Shown here: one piece after another, positions 40,286 through 53,909 of the stretch
Layout: each line of letters opens with the position of its first letter
Numbering within the stretch: the first letter of the stretch is position 1
Assembly: GCA_030390025.1 (NCBI GenBank)
Contig: CM059432.1
Span: forward strand, 60,266,001-60,330,000
Source: Squalus acanthias
Lineage: Eukaryota
Direction: 5' to 3'
Length of the DNA stretch: 64,000 nt
Made by a program: the position numbers and the translations under genes
Notes under the pieces: generated by a model
What the model saw: only the letters and a program-made list of their open reading frames with translations
The model's database searches: none
What the model was told of the DNA's origin: nothing

Positions 40286-41969
40286 AATGGTTCTTCTGCT
40301 GCAGGGCAGCGGGAAATGTTTTCTGGAATGCACTAAACTAAGATTGAATAATGGATACATGATGATGGATAAATGCTCAGAGTTTCTCTTCATTACTTTT
40401 AGGGATTTTTGTGACAAATGTTCATTCATGAGATTAAACAGGTGTGGCAGAGTCAATGATTAGAGTAGGCTACATGAATCTTTAAAATATTTCATATCAT
40501 GGTCTCTCTAAATCTAAAAAGCCAGTCTTGAGAATCAAAGGTCTTTTTATTCTCAGAGCTGGTGGAGGTGCTGATTTCAAGATTCTAATGGCTGCAGAAC
40601 TGTAAACGCAGAATTGTTCCTAGTTCCTGAATGAGATAATATCTTATCTGTTGTGAAAGTCTGAAAACAGAAATCACGAACAAGTCTCACAGAAAAACAT
40701 GTGTTTCTGCTGACTGGATCATGTCTGTTGAGTTATCAATTATATATGGATATATGCAAACTGTTAAATGTTTTTTTTTGTATTGCCAATTTGAATCTCG
40801 TTATATAGTGCCATATGTCCAGAAAACCCATCAATGAGCACCTCTCAGGCTATTAGGTGGCCTAAATCATTATTTACCTTTGTCTTGGGGAGTCTACAAT
40901 TCCCAGGAAAAATGGTGCCAATGTCTCAACAAGTTAGAATCTAAATTATTGCTGTAGTTTTCTAATTCTTCACTACATGCGAAGATTGAGGCAGATAGAG
41001 CAGACTCCACGTTTTAGGCTTTCATTATGTGCATTACAATTCATGCGCAAATGACAGACTATAAAGAGTATGAGACGATGAAGTCAGGTAGAATTTATCC
41101 AGCCAGAGACTGTGTTGTTTTCAAAAGATTTTCTCAGTACAAATCAAAAGCTAGAAATGCTAGAAATCTAAAATCAAAACAAGAAATGCTTGAAATGCAT
41201 AGGAGGTCAGTCAGCACCTGTAAGGAAAAAAGGCAAGTTAATGTCTTGAATAGAAGCCTTCATCAGAACTGAAAACTGAAAGATAATCAAGCAGGGTTGA
41301 AGAAAAAGAGATGGGGTAGAAACAACACATAATCCAATCACAGAGAGCAAGTTAATGAGTTGGATGACCTGCAAACTACTGAATAGAAAACTGCCAGATG
41401 ATATGAAAGATCGTCTTAGTAATTGTCTTGGAAAGATATTAAAAGAACAAAAAATGCACAAATAACTAAGATGAACAAAAGGCATGGGAGAGGTCCAAAC
41501 AAGGAAAAGGAAAAAAAATGGGGAAATGGAAGAGAAAAAAACTTGCAGATGCAGGTCTACCTATCTCCCTCTGGTATCTTTAAGTAGACTAATCACTGAA
41601 CAAGATAGGCTGAAAAATACTTTTTAAAAAAAACAACTAGGACAAAGGATAGTTAATTACGTTTGTTAAACTAAAAAAGCTGTCCATCAAACATATATTT
41701 GAACAAACCCACAAGATGCTTATATTTGAATTAAATAGATTAGTCCCTCCCTCAGATACTTGGACATAAGGTCTAGTCTGGTAATATTCTGTACCAAAGT
41801 AAGCTGGGTCCTTTTCTGCGAGTGAATCTGGCTTCTAATCCCATGTGTAATGAGATAGATACAAACCAATACCATGATGATGCACCAGTCAAAAAAGAGC
41901 CTCTTCAGCACTTTCTCACTATTTCTGAAGTCATTGAAAAGCGTACTTAAGCCCTGAAGGAAATTGCTC

Positions 41970-42400
41970 ATTACTGCTTGGTTTACTGATAGCACCGTCA
42001 CCTTTGAGTCACAAGGTCATTAGATCAAGCAATTCTCCAGGACTTGAACACTGAGAGAGTGCTACATTGTTGGAGATTCTGGCTTTCAGATGAGACAATA
42101 AACCAAAGCCCAGTCTGCCTGTTCATGTGGACATAAAAGATTCTGTGGTACGATTTGAAGAAGAGCAGAAGAGTTCTTCTAGTATCTTGGCCAACAGCTA
42201 CTCTTCAACCAATACCACGAAAAACAGATTAACTGGACATTTATCTCTGCTGTTTGTGGAACCTTGCTGTGTACAAAATGGTTGCTGCTTTTGCTAATAT
42301 AACAATAGTGACTGCATTTCAAAAGTAATTCATTGACTGTGAAGCACTTAGGGATATTCTGAGAATGTAAAAGGCACTATATAAATTCAAGTTTTTTTTT
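41970..42400 (+). mobile_element. Old Deu-domain tRNA SINE
   Basis: Diverged, collinear copy of 62563-63020. Confidence 0.75.
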
Positions 42401-42787
42401 GCTACTTCTAAATTTGTGCTTATTAGTATCTGCCAACTATTTTAATCCAGCATTTTCCACTGCTGCTATTGGCAGAAAAACTTTAAAAAAATAAATGCAA
42501 TGCATAAATGTAAACATTAAATACTGTGGAGGGATTTCAGAACTGTAATCTCATCTTGCATTTTAGATAATGGATTTCAGCCACCAAAGCCTCACTCTCA
42601 TTTAGTAGGATATTATCTGACTAAATCAGTGTTGTGTAATCACTCCAGGTGTCAATTATTTACTATTTACTAACTAATCAGTCAGTATATCTTACTACTA
42701 TTGTCTGACTCAATACTAAATAAATTAAATCAATATGGTACCTTGCTCCATATGCAAAAAGTATTAAATCCTAGGTTAAGGATCTTT

Positions 42788-44607
42788 GGGCTGGATTTTA
42801 CAAACCTCGGCGGGTCCGTGGCGGGCGACGCGGTGGCGGGTCTCCATTCTGGTCTCCGAAATGAATTTCCCCTGGTTGGGTTTGTTAAGCCTGCCCTGCG
42901 AGGTTCCCGGACAATTAGAGGAAGCGGGCCTGGTGACGTCATTTGATGACGCGTCATCAGCCGGTTTCCTTAAAGGGACCATGGCCAACTTTCTTTTGAT
43001 ATTTGTGCTGTCAGTATTCTACAGCATTGAGGTGCAGCAAACACTGACAAGCACTGCACAGAGGTGCACTGCTGCACCCAGGCTCTCCCATGACTCCCTC
43101 CATATGCTTATGGAGGGAGTCATAGCACACAGTGAGGTCCTCTTCCCTTCCAATGGGCAGAAGAGATCTCTCTGGGAGATCAACACAGCCTGGTTGCACA
43201 TTGCAGAGGAGGGCACAAGCAGGGAGATGTGGTCAGGAGCAACTGGGTGCAGTGCCGCAAATGTTTCAATGATCTCAGTAGATCACGAAACGTTAGTACA
43301 AAGCCACACTCAACCTCATCCTGCTGTGCCTCTCATTACATCCCCATCACTCTGTCTTTCGTACCCTACTCCTGTACATCCTTACTCACACCAACTTACC
43401 TTGCACCTCTACCCATCCCTCTCTATCTACATTATCACACCCCATCTCACTAGCCACCCCTCACACTCACCTGCATCCTAGTGCAATCATGCCAACTAAC
43501 AACACACAAGGGTAGGCACTTGGATGTTTTATGCAATGTTCATGTAAAGTTTCTGTTAATGTGGTGTCAAACATTGAAACCTTTATTTTCAACACTTTTC
43601 ATTCTTGGACAGATTTGTGTGCACCTTTGGAAGTGGCTTAGTGAGTTGCAGTGAATGGTGAGACATAATGGTACCCCACCCCCCCACCCCCGCAATTGTG
43701 ATGAGGGTGAAAGGAATGGCTTGGGCATTGTAGGAATGCTTTATGGTGTTGGTGTGGGGTGGTGCCAACCTGACGCATCATGTGGCAGCCAGGGTGTACA
43801 GCATCAAATGAAGTAAATCTAGCCATGGTGAGGCCATCCCTGGCCTCCCGGGCAGCAATGTGCTCGGGTGCTGAAGCCCTGTGTCCTGTGCAGCATCAGT
43901 TGATTGCGGAGAAGGTCGGTGTTGTTGTTGGTGCTGCTGGTGTGCCTGGTGCTGCTGGTGTGCCTGGTGATGCTGGTGTGCCTGGTGATGCTGGTGTGTC
44001 TGGTGATGCTGGTGTTGGGGCTGATCTTGGTGGGATTCTGAGGGCCAAGGTAAGAGAGTTTCAAGGGCACCCATGCTGATGGAATAGATGGCAGGTGAAG
44101 TAGAAATTACAGCAGCGATCTGTCACTGGTGGGAGAGGTAATGAGGTCAGACTGGATGGAGATTTGTGTAAAGACTTGCAGCATTCTGAATCTGTAGTGG
44201 AAATGCTGTTTAGAGAAGCTAGTGGTTAAGGGAACATTTCTCAATCAGCTGGGAGCTTTCACTTGACATTTGAAGCTGTCAACTCATCAGCTGATTCAAT
44301 GGCCACTGACCTTCCGCCTCAGCTTCATAGATGAAGTCTAGGCACAGTGGGAAACCAGTGGGTGACCTGTCAAATTCAAAAAGCTGGGAAAAAAGCAATG
44401 TGAAGTGGCTGTAAACAAGCCACTATGATTTGAATTGCCTCCCCCGCCGCTGCGTGTCAGGTCTGCTCAGCGCTGACAGACCTGACATTTGGTAAAGGCG
44501 CGTGGTGGCGGGTTCACAGCGGGATCCCGACCCGCTGGGGGAAAAAAACACCTTCCCACCCGACCCGCCACCGATCGCGCCTGCAGACCCCCCGCAAAAT
44601 CCAGCCC
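42788..44607. mobile_element. Internally deleted Harbinger
   Basis: TIRs GGGCTGGATTTT / AAAATCCAGCCC. Myb exon-1 remnant (WVQCRKCFNDL) on +, QH-rich transposase N-terminal remnant on -. TSD not evident. Confidence 0.8.
43936..44015. repeat. 18-bp tandem repeat (GCTGGTGTGCCTGGTGAT), about 4.5 copies
   Basis: Directly visible; encodes HQAHQH units on the minus strand. Confidence 0.9.
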
Positions 44608-45058
44608 CGTGTCTCCAAGCGACCAATTTTAGACAAAAAAACAGTTTTGTCCTAATATGAACCTATTTTATTCTGTTCATTCTAAATTAAGTACAAGGCA
44701 CTTAGGGGGAAAAATTGGGTATCGCCCATTTTGGGGCGCTAATATCGGCCGGACGCAAATTTTAGCGGCCGGCGCTAATTATCGCCACCGACCGCGAAAT
44801 TCGTCTCTAGCGCCCCTGGAGGTGATTGGAGCACTAAATCAAGCACTACACACCTCTCTTAGGGCGCTAACATCGGGGAACGAGGCGCTACCTCAGAGCG
44901 CTACTGAAACTCAGGCGATGTCAATTACCTAGTACTCAAATAGACTAGCACCGTCCAGTTCTTAAAGTGGTGGGTCCATCTTGCTGCACAGCCACACCCT
45001 GCTCATTGCAACGTTTGACATCGGCCTACAAGCAGTTAAAAATCTTCATCAAAGATTT

Positions 45059-46900
45059 ATGATGGCTACTCAGAGGCCCAGGGAGAGAGCTCGCCGGTTT
45101 AGCGACCAGGCATTGGTGGCTCTGGTTGGCGCTATGGAACGGCGACGGGCAATGCTGTTTCCAGAGAGTGGCAGGAGGCCATTGCCCCGGGAGTTTGCAA
45201 GGGTGTGGAGGGAGCTTGCCTAGCACGTTTCATCCAGGAGCCTGGTCCAAAAGACACATACAAAGTGCCATAAGAAGTTCAACAACCTCACTCGGGTGGT
45301 CAGGGTGAGTACATGCTTGAAAAACCTCTACATCCCACCATCTCAACCTCACTCTGTGCACAGACGGTGTAAATACCAAAATCATCAACACTCACCCATC
45401 TCATAAAAGTCACATGCACATCCCACACCTTGCACACATTAACGGCTATTCAACTATGGTAGGCACATGTGCCAAACACATGGCTGCGCACTCACTCACA
45501 CGCTGTCCTTTTTCTTGCAGGCCAAGCTTTCACATAACCGGAGGGAGCAACAATGGATGGGAGGAGGACAGGCGGAGCTGCACCCCCTCACATAATTGGA
45601 GGAGAGAGTCCACAGACTCATTGCCAGTCATGTCGTCAGCACTGTGGCCGTTGGAGAGGTCGACCCCTTGGGGACAGCAACTGTATGTTCATCAGCTTTC
45701 TCTCCTCTCTCACACCATTTCCCTCTCACAACACCAGCCTTTTACACTTTCCATCTAACTATACTGTCTCCAGTCCTTGCTCCCTTCCTGCCCCCCTGCC
45801 CTCACGTTAAAGCCACTCTTGTACCTTCCTGCTTTCAGATAGTGAGCCACCAGCTGACCAGCCTGGCCCTCAGCCTCCCAGTGGCAGCGACGCGCCAGAG
45901 GAGGAGGAAGAGGAAGCCGGAGCCTCATCGCCTGCGCCTCCCGCGGGTGACATTTCCGACACTGGGGCCACGCGTTCCCTGGAGGGGAGCAGGGGGTTTG
46001 CATCTGATGTGGGTGAAGCTCCAGGACCCAGCGGGCTGCAGCAATGCCATGGGGGAAGGGAAGCTCGGGGGCCATCTCCCCGGAGGGTGAGTACACGCGC
46101 GAATTCTGCTGCACAGGACTCGGATGAGGACCTCGATATAGCGGCCATGAATACTCAGGCTCTGAGCATGCATACGGAGCTCATGGGTGCAATGGCAAGG
46201 GTGCCCGACAGCATGGATGCACTGGCTAGGAGCGTGGGGGAGTCCGCCACCAGCTGTCATCTGTGCGCAAACCCTTGAACCCATTCTTGCCTCGTTGCAG
46301 AGGATGATTGAATTGCAGGAAGACCGTGTGGACTTAGAGCCCATGCCGCGTGTAATGGGTCAGGTGGCAGGATCTATTGCAGCACAGGCCGAGGCAACGC
46401 AATGGCTTAGTGTTGCAATCGAGTCATTGGCTGGTGCCATCCAGTGTCAGACTGCCCTCATGCAGTCTCAGATTGAAGTCACACAAGCGCTCACTGCTGC
46501 CATCGTCGCTGGGTCGCCCACTGTCCACCGGGGATCTCACGGTGCCGCAGCAGGCCAGCAATCTGTGATCGAGCAGATTGCTCCGGATGCTGAGGTACTG
46601 CCCCGGGGGAATGGCAGTGTGTTGGTCGAGCAGGAAGGTGCTGTCCTCTCTCAGGATGGCAGCATTCCTGCTCCCACCACTGCCACTCTGCCATTGCACG
46701 TGCCACAGCCTGTAACACAGCCAGCCCAGAGCTGGTCGAGGGCATCCTTCAAGGCCATCTGCAGTCTCTGGCTCCAACATTCAGCAGCCTTCCCCCAGCC
46801 TTGCTGTAGCCACTAGGGCCACATTACGGAGGAGCAGTAGGGTGGGAAGGTGGGAAGGGGAAGGGGGGAAGTGTGCAGGGGATGGAGAACATCCTCAAAG
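45059..46900 (+). pseudogene. Harbinger Myb/SANT-like gene (3 exons, premature stops)
   Basis: MATQRPRERARRFSDQAL...KCHKKFNNL|gtgagt; exon 2 cag|AKLSHNRREQQWMGGG; exon 3 from about 45839. Confidence 0.85.
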
Positions 46901-47229
46901 GGCGAATAACGAAAAATTCTACAACAAATGGGGGGAATGTTTGTCCCAAATTGGATGTTTACGTTAATATATTGTTCACTCTATTTACGCTTATCTCGAT
47001 GTGGTAAGAACCAGTTTTGTTAGTTAATGAATTGTTGTTGTATTTGTTTGTTATTGGTTGCGCAGAATAAATAAGACACAGTTTGTCAGATAAATACATT
47101 TTTTATTGGAACTTCACAACTTTGCTCATTTGACTCATTGGAGCTTTGCCCGGCAATAGGGGCTGTGGGATGGTTGTGATGATGTGCTTGTTCATCCCAA
47201 AAGCCATCTTCTCTGTCGTTCATCAGAAG

Positions 47230-48315
47230 CGGTGTCTTATCAGGCATTCACGGACGGCCCTTGCAGAGGCAATATTGAGCGCCTCCCTCCCACGTTGCTG
47301 CTGCTCATCCTCCTCTTCACCCTACTCTCCCTCTTCCTCCTCCTGAGGTGGTGCACCAATCCCTGGTGGCAATGGCTGGGTCCTCATAATTGCAAGGTTG
47401 TGAAGCATGCAGCACACAACAATGAAAAGCGAGACTCGCTCGGGAGAGTACTGCAGGGCTCCTCCAAGGTGGCCAAGACACCGGAACCGTTGCTTCAAGA
47501 TGTCGATCGTCTGCTCACTGAGGTTCCTGGTGGCGCTGTGGCTCTCACTGTAGGCGAGCTCAGCAGGAGTGTTGGGGTTACGGAGCGGTGTCATCAGCCA
47601 GGTGCAGTGTGGATAACCCTTGTCCCCGAGCAGCCAGCCACGAGGTTGGCGCAGTGGTTGGAACAGGTCTGGGACACCAGTCTGGTGCAGAATGAAAGCA
47701 TCGTGGCTGCTGCCAGGATAGCGGGCATTAACGGCGAGGATGCGCTGTCTGTGGTTGCAAACCAACTAGACATTGAGAGAATGGAAGTCTTTGCGGTTGC
47801 AGAAAACCTTTGTATTTTCATGAGGTCCCCGCAATGTCACATGCGTGCAGTCAACGGCGCCCTGAATCATGGGGAAGTCCGCTATCCTAGGTCATGGGGA
47901 AAGAGATGTACTCCCTTCTCCTTTTGTAGAGAACATTTGTGACCACACGGATGCAACAATGGATGGCGAACTGGGAGATATTCACTATGTCCCCAGTTGA
48001 AGCCTGGAAGGAGCCACTGGCATAGAAATTCAGAGCCACCGTCACCTTCACTGCCACCAACAGAGACGTCCTGGTCCTGAGCTGAGGCTGCAGATCTGGT
48101 TGCAGGAGGTGGCAGAAGCGCAGCCTTCTGAAAAACTGCTCCTCGGACAAATGAATGTAGAATTGCTCCCGGAATACCCTGGGAGGGTAAGGTCTCCTGT
48201 GCAGAGGCCTGTTGGCCCTCCTCCCTCTAGCCACGCTAGCCACTCTCTATCTGCGCCTCTGCTGCCTCCGAAGGTGAAGCTGGAGGACGACGCCCTGAGC
48301 GAGTACAGCCCCCAT
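47230..48315 (-). pseudogene. Harbinger (HARBI1-like) transposase, disrupted
   Basis: ALNFYASGSFQ, RYPGSSHDAFIL, WLLGDKGY, EQTIDILKQRFRCL, CCMLHN. Confidence 0.95.
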
Positions 48316-49028
48316 TTAATCTTGTAAATGTGGTAAATATAAAGCTCACCGAAATGGGAACCTGAAAAGAGTTGCTCAGGAACAAAACTCCTTGTAGGAC
48401 AGTGTTAAATGTCTCCAGGCGCCTCTCTCCCTCTCTCAACCTGTGTATGCAGAATATTTTGCCGACAGGAAAAAGCCGGAAGCGCACGCCTTTAAATAGC
48501 GCTCTCCTAGCTCCTTGCCGACTGCAAAATGTCCCCCTCTACCTGTCGTTCCTAGTGGCAGGCGCTAAGGCAGGGATCGAGAATCAATTTCCGGTGCAGG
48601 GCGCTACTGGGGCGTTGCTCGCTTCGATGACGTCAAGATCTCCGGGTGCAGGAGATCGTGACAGTAGTGTTTAGCGCCACCGCAAAGCGCCAGGTCAATT
48701 TCACGGGCGGCGCTAAAATCGCCGTGCTCGGGGAGTAAGTCGTTAGCGGCCCGTTAGCGCCCCCCGGAGGCATTAATGGGAGGCGCTAACCAACCCAATT
48801 TTTCCCCCTTAAGTTACACCACACCACTAGCATTCCATTTTACTTAGAAGGCTACATTCACAAATGATATTACTGAGTAAAAGAAAGTGCTTCTGTATTC
48901 ACTTGACACAATTGTTTCAGGATTTGCCGAGGCCATATCTTACTTGCAAACATCATTCATATAATGATGCCATCTGCTGAGCACTGTGGCAAGTGGCATG
49001 CATATACAGGTCCAGCACAGAAACTTAC

Positions 49029-49142
49029 CTGATCATCAATCAACTGATTTTCCATGTCTTTCTGTTCTTTCTTCAGATTTTCAGTTATCAATTGCTGGTT
49101 CGCTTTGAGTTCATTTAGTTCCCTGCTCAACATCAAGAATAT
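49029..49142 (-). CDS. ccdc178: Coiled-coil host gene exon (CCDC178-like), 114 nt, phase 0->0
   Basis: ttcttgtag|ATA TTC...GAT CAG|gtaagt encodes IFLMLSRELNELKANQQLITENLKKEQKDMENQLIDDQ. Confidence 0.75.
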
Positions 49143-49815
49143 CTACAAGAAATTGCAGAAAAAGGAAACTAGTTATTTAAGGATGTTGAATTTTATATGT
49201 TGTTATACAAGCATCACTTGCTTCTGTCATGAAAATGTGCTTCAAATGTAAATCAGTGCTTTTGTTTCTAAAAAGGAAGTATTTTCTACAGCAATTTTTG
49301 GGAAATACTATTTTTGGCCTTCAATTAAGCTTATTTTATCTAACGTTAAAGCACACAAAATAAAGTGTTGTCTGTAAATGGCTTTATCCAAGATTTTTTT
49401 TTAAAGTGAGATTTTTATTTTCCACTGATTCATAAGGACTGATAATGCAATGCATGGTACCCATAGCTCCGTTGTCCATCGGGCAGCATGTGCCCAAATT
49501 GTCAAGCACTAAAGCCTGAGGCTTGCTCAGGCTTTCATTTGCCCGGAATTCTACAATGCAACCCAGAAGTACCTGTGGTGCTCAGAATTAGCTCACCTCC
49601 CATACACTAAGCTCATTATGGCCCTGTTTTATTATGAAAATGAGAGGTTCCTGTAATTCAGCTGGAATGCCTCAGTGACACTTCAGATACACTGTGCCTA
49701 TTTGGAACGAACACTTCAGCGGAGGCCAGAACCAGAAAGGAACATATTGTCTTCCGGCTGGCCCTTCTTTTTAATAGGGTCACCCATCTGTCTGCCGCTT
49801 TATTTCTTTGCCCTC

Positions 49816-51541
49816 TGTAAGGGGTGACCTGCGGCTCTGTGCTTAGCCTGGGTGCTAGTGCGGGGTTAGGCCTTGTTGCCTACTCTGGTCTCCAGCCAGC
49901 CTGATAACACTAGACACCTGTGAGTGGTTCGACCCACTCGCCCTTACGGTTCTGACACTGGACTTAGGTGCGAGAGCAATAATGCAGAGAAAGACTCAGG
50001 TAGACCCGGTTGAATAGTGCGAAATGGAAAATCTTTATTGCATATTATTCAAGATTACGAGATACATGTCATAAGCACAGATTAACGACAGTACAATCTT
50101 ACACACAGTTATGTAACTAATTTTAGGGAAACGAGGAGCGCATGACACATCGTAAAAGGGGACACACATTATACTTATCCTTAAAACTTAAACCCTCCCC
50201 TATCAATACCTGTCCTAATCTAGATTTGTAGGATCGAGACTCATGCTCACCACTCGTGATAACTCGGAGAATTCCGAAACTCTGCTCGGATGTTTTTACC
50301 GCAGCACCTGACTATCCACGTGCTGATCAGGGGTCTCTGTACCCCACTTGTTTACTCGTTTCTGCTCCGGCTAGCAGGCTGGACCGTCTGCTGTCATGAA
50401 GATCTGTGTTGTCCTCGGAGTTCCGATACTACTCAAAGAAGAGTCTTCCTGTGCCCTCACACCGGTTCGATAAAACTCGAAGAAGGGTCTTCCTGGGCAA
50501 GGAAGTGTTTATTCGACTTACAGGCGCGGTCGGGGCTTACTGACCGTGGCGATACGTATTGTCGTCTTCTTCTCTTCTCATCTCATCTCATCTCATCTCA
50601 TCTCCTCTCGGGGCTTCGGTTCCAACACCGTTTACCGACTTCTCGGGATGGTGCGCCCGTTTCAAGGCCTCACAGCCCAGTTCTCCACAGATCTTCGCGG
50701 CAAGCCACGAGGTTGATCCTAGCGGATCAGAGTCCAGAGCCGTCAGGCAAGAGAATAAAAGTTCAACAGCCTTCCAGCGAGTCAAAGCAGCAAGCGCAAG
50801 AAGAAGCAGAGGCAGCAGTCAGCAGCAAGAGAATAAAAGTTCAGCAGCCTTCCAGCGAGTCAAAGCAGCAAGAGCAAGAAGAAGCAGAGACAGCAGTCAG
50901 CAGCAAGAGAAAGATGGACGGTTGTACCTTACAGTTATAGTGCTGTAATTCCTCTTTTCCCGCCCAATCTTAATGTCTATCTTTTGTCAGGGTTTTGGCG
51001 CTCAAACTTCTTGTATAGGGTGATCTCCGTCTTTAATGGGTTTCGGTGATACTTGTAACTGTCTGAGTACCCGTTAATACTTCTCCCATTGTGGAACCGG
51101 CTAGTAGTCTCCCTGGAGGGGTTTTGGGGCTTCCAAATACTTTCTGTAACTACCCGCAAACGGCTCTCTCATCGTAGAGTCGTGGGGATTTTGCATATTA
51201 ATGTCTTTGGATGGGTCCTTGATCGCTCGGTACAATAGCCCTTATTCGCACCTGGGAGACCGATTCTAGTATTTATGTATAAAATGCAAACCCATCATGT
51301 CTTGTCAATTATCTCAAATGTGCTGAGTCCTGTACGATCTTGCACAAATGTTTATTGGAACGCCATCTTGTCTGCCCATTGAAAGTCTCGAACTTTCTGC
51401 CACGAGGCGTGGCGGCCATTTTACAGGCTGTTTGTGTCCGTTTTGAAACATGACAGCATTCTGCTGAAATAAAACTGTTTGTACGAAACTTTATGTCTCC
51501 TTCTTATTTTATAAAATCGCGATAATTTTGCGAATTCTACA
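49816..51541. mobile_element. Solo LTR, 1726 bp (Gypsy or ERV)
   Basis: TGTA...TACA termini, 4-bp TSD CCTC (49812-49815, 51542-51545), CpG-rich, AATAAA near both ends, no gag/pol. Confidence 0.8.
50748..50910. repeat. 78-bp tandem duplication inside the LTR
   Basis: CAAGAGA unit starts at 50748, 50826 and 50904. Confidence 0.9.
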
Positions 51542-52336
51542 CCTCCAATGGAGATTTAATGAAAAGACCTGTTATGCCCTAATTTATTCTTTGCAGGTAA
51601 AAATGATGGCAATATACAAGCATTAGCAACCCTTCCATTGCTGCTGTCACTCAGAATTGCAACTCCACAGAACCTCCAACATCATGCTCTAGGCACTGGG
51701 AACACTGGGAGCACCACTAAAATATTTAAATGGCCCCACCTCGCATTACCAGATTATTGGTCCCATAGTACTGTGCAAAAAAAAAGCAAACTACAATTGT
51801 AGATGTTTCACAATTTCTAAGTTTCTCATGCAAATTTATTTCTGTAGTGCCTTTGGAAAGTAATAGCAGTGCTTATGGCTTAAGTAAAGATTGTAGTAGT
51901 ATCTCAGGGATAATAGCTGTGAACTCTATGGGAGAAACGAGTGGCAGTTTCAGAGAAAATTATTAACAGAGTTTTGAGCAGGATAAGGTTAGCACTAGTT
52001 CAAAGCAAGCTCTATTAGAAGATAAGTGGTTAGCATTAGGTACTTCCTAGGTTTTGCATAGGACCAGTCAGCGGGCAGAGGTCCCACCCTACTGCACTTC
52101 TGGTGGTACAGCAGCCGGCCAGGAATTCTGGGGCTCTGGTCTTAATGACCTAGTGCATGAATGGTGTCCAAGTGCCTCAGGCATGTCTGAGTAAGTTCTT
52201 ATGCAGAGTGTGCAATGGATGATTAGAAGGCCTCAGGATCCCATAATGCCTAAGTGCTACCATGAGCCAAGGCTGACACCTTGCCTGTTCCTGCAGATCA
52301 GACTTTCCAAACGTTGCTGTGCAGGTTTCAAATGTG

Positions 52337-52780
52337 CCAGCCTTAGCTTGTGGTAGCACACTCACCTCTGAGTTAGAAGGTTGTGGGCTGAAGCCCCAAT
52401 CAAAGAGATTTCAGCACATAATCTAGCTTGGCACTTCTATGCGGTATTAAGGGAGTGCTGCACTGGTGGAGGTGCCATCTTTCGGATGAGACATTAAACC
52501 GAGGCCCTCTCAGATGGACATAAAAGATCCCACTGCATTATCTGAGGAAGAGCAGGGGAGTTGTCCTGGCCAACATTTATCCCTCAACCAACACCTAAAA
52601 CAGATGATCTGGACATTTATTTAATTGCTGTTTGTGGGAGTTTGCTGTGCGCAAAGTGGCTACCACGTTTCCTACATTACAACAGTGGCTATATTTCAAA
52701 AGTACTTCACCGGCTGTAAAGCACTTTGGGACGTCCTTAGGTCCTGACAGACGTTATGTGAATGCAAGTCTTTTCTTTCT
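52337..52780 (+). mobile_element. Deu-domain tRNA SINE
   Basis: Collinear copy of 62563-63020. Confidence 0.85.
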
Positions 52781-53534
52781 TTAATCAGCATTGCCGGAGA
52801 GAGCATGGCAAGAAACCCTCAAGAATTGATAGGAGAGTCAATTTCATCAAATATGTACATAATATGAGGCTTGCACTGGTCACTAACATGGCCTCCAAAA
52901 AATTGAGTTTTCTTTGCTGCAAAATATAGCCAACAGCAAATCGGGCACTTTATCCTGTGCACTTGATTTCACACCTCACGCTCACATCTGGCGACGCTTC
53001 ATGCTGCCAGTGGAGTCTTGTAATATTGTTCTTTGAATATTTATATTTTAGGCCTTTCTTCATTTGTGGCTCACTTTAGCAACATCTTCATCCTCGACAA
53101 AACATCTAAAAATAATGATACCAGTACTAATAAGTCTGCAAAAATGTCACTCTCTCTCCTTCAGCTGTTTATTTTTCTCTCCTCTCTTGAATTATTTCTC
53201 CCCCTTTCCCCACTCTCTCCATCCTTTCTACTTCTATCTCGCATCTTCCACTTCCACGAGATTTTCTCTTCTATGCCACTTCTGTTTCTTACAGAACACT
53301 ACTGCTGTCTCCCTCACTTTTACCTTTCTTTTCTCCTCCTTTTCTTCTCATTCTTTTGTTATCTTTCTTCAGTTCTTGTTTTCTCATTCTCAATGTCTCA
53401 CCTTCCTCTTTCACTTCCTACTCTCTAGCATTCCCCTTTGTTATCTACTGCTCTCACACTCATTTTGCTCTCTCTCGTTCACATTTTCATGGGCCAAGAA
53501 GTACTTAGGCAGGCAGATAAGCTGAAAAGCTATG

Positions 53535-53907
53535 TCGTTGGTTCCTATGTGGACCATGACAACTGGATCCTCCCCTTCCACTCAAAGTTCTTCTCCAGCC
53601 GCGAGGAGATGTCTTTAACCCGGCACCGGGCAGGCAACACAACCTTCGGAACTCTCGGTCGCAGCTGTAGAGAGCAGTATCTATCCCCCTGACTATACTG
53701 TCCCCTACCACAACTGCATTCCCTTTCACTCCCCCCACTTGAATGGCCTCCTGCACCATGATGCCATGGTCAGCTTGTGCATCCATCCTGCAGGCTTTTT
53801 CCTCCTCCACACAGGCAGCAAGAACCTCATACCTGTTGGACAAGGGCAAAGGCTGAGGCTCCTCCAGCACTGCACCTAGGGTTCCTTTACCTGCCTGAGT
53901 TGCAGTC
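53535..53907 (-). mobile_element. CR1 ORF1 fragment
   Basis: Closely matches 3020-3410 (VVGDSIVRG, CLPGA). Confidence 0.85.
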
Positions 53908-53909
53908 AG

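Larger units (their letters stand above)
44705..48808. mobile_element. Near-complete PIF/Harbinger transposon (GGGGG-terminal family), decayed
   Basis: Perfect 16-bp TIR GGGGGAAAAATTGGGT, TTA TSD (44702-44704, 48809-48811), convergent Myb-like and transposase genes. Confidence 0.95.

Noticed and set aside
39587..40456. 289-aa minus-strand ORF
   Set aside because: Low-complexity read-through of a GC-rich MITE.
43780..44079. Elastin/collagen-like GVPGDA ORF
   Set aside because: Antisense reading of the 18-bp repeat in a Harbinger remnant.
53033..53525. Hydrophobic, membrane-like ORFs
   Set aside because: CT-rich low-complexity sequence.
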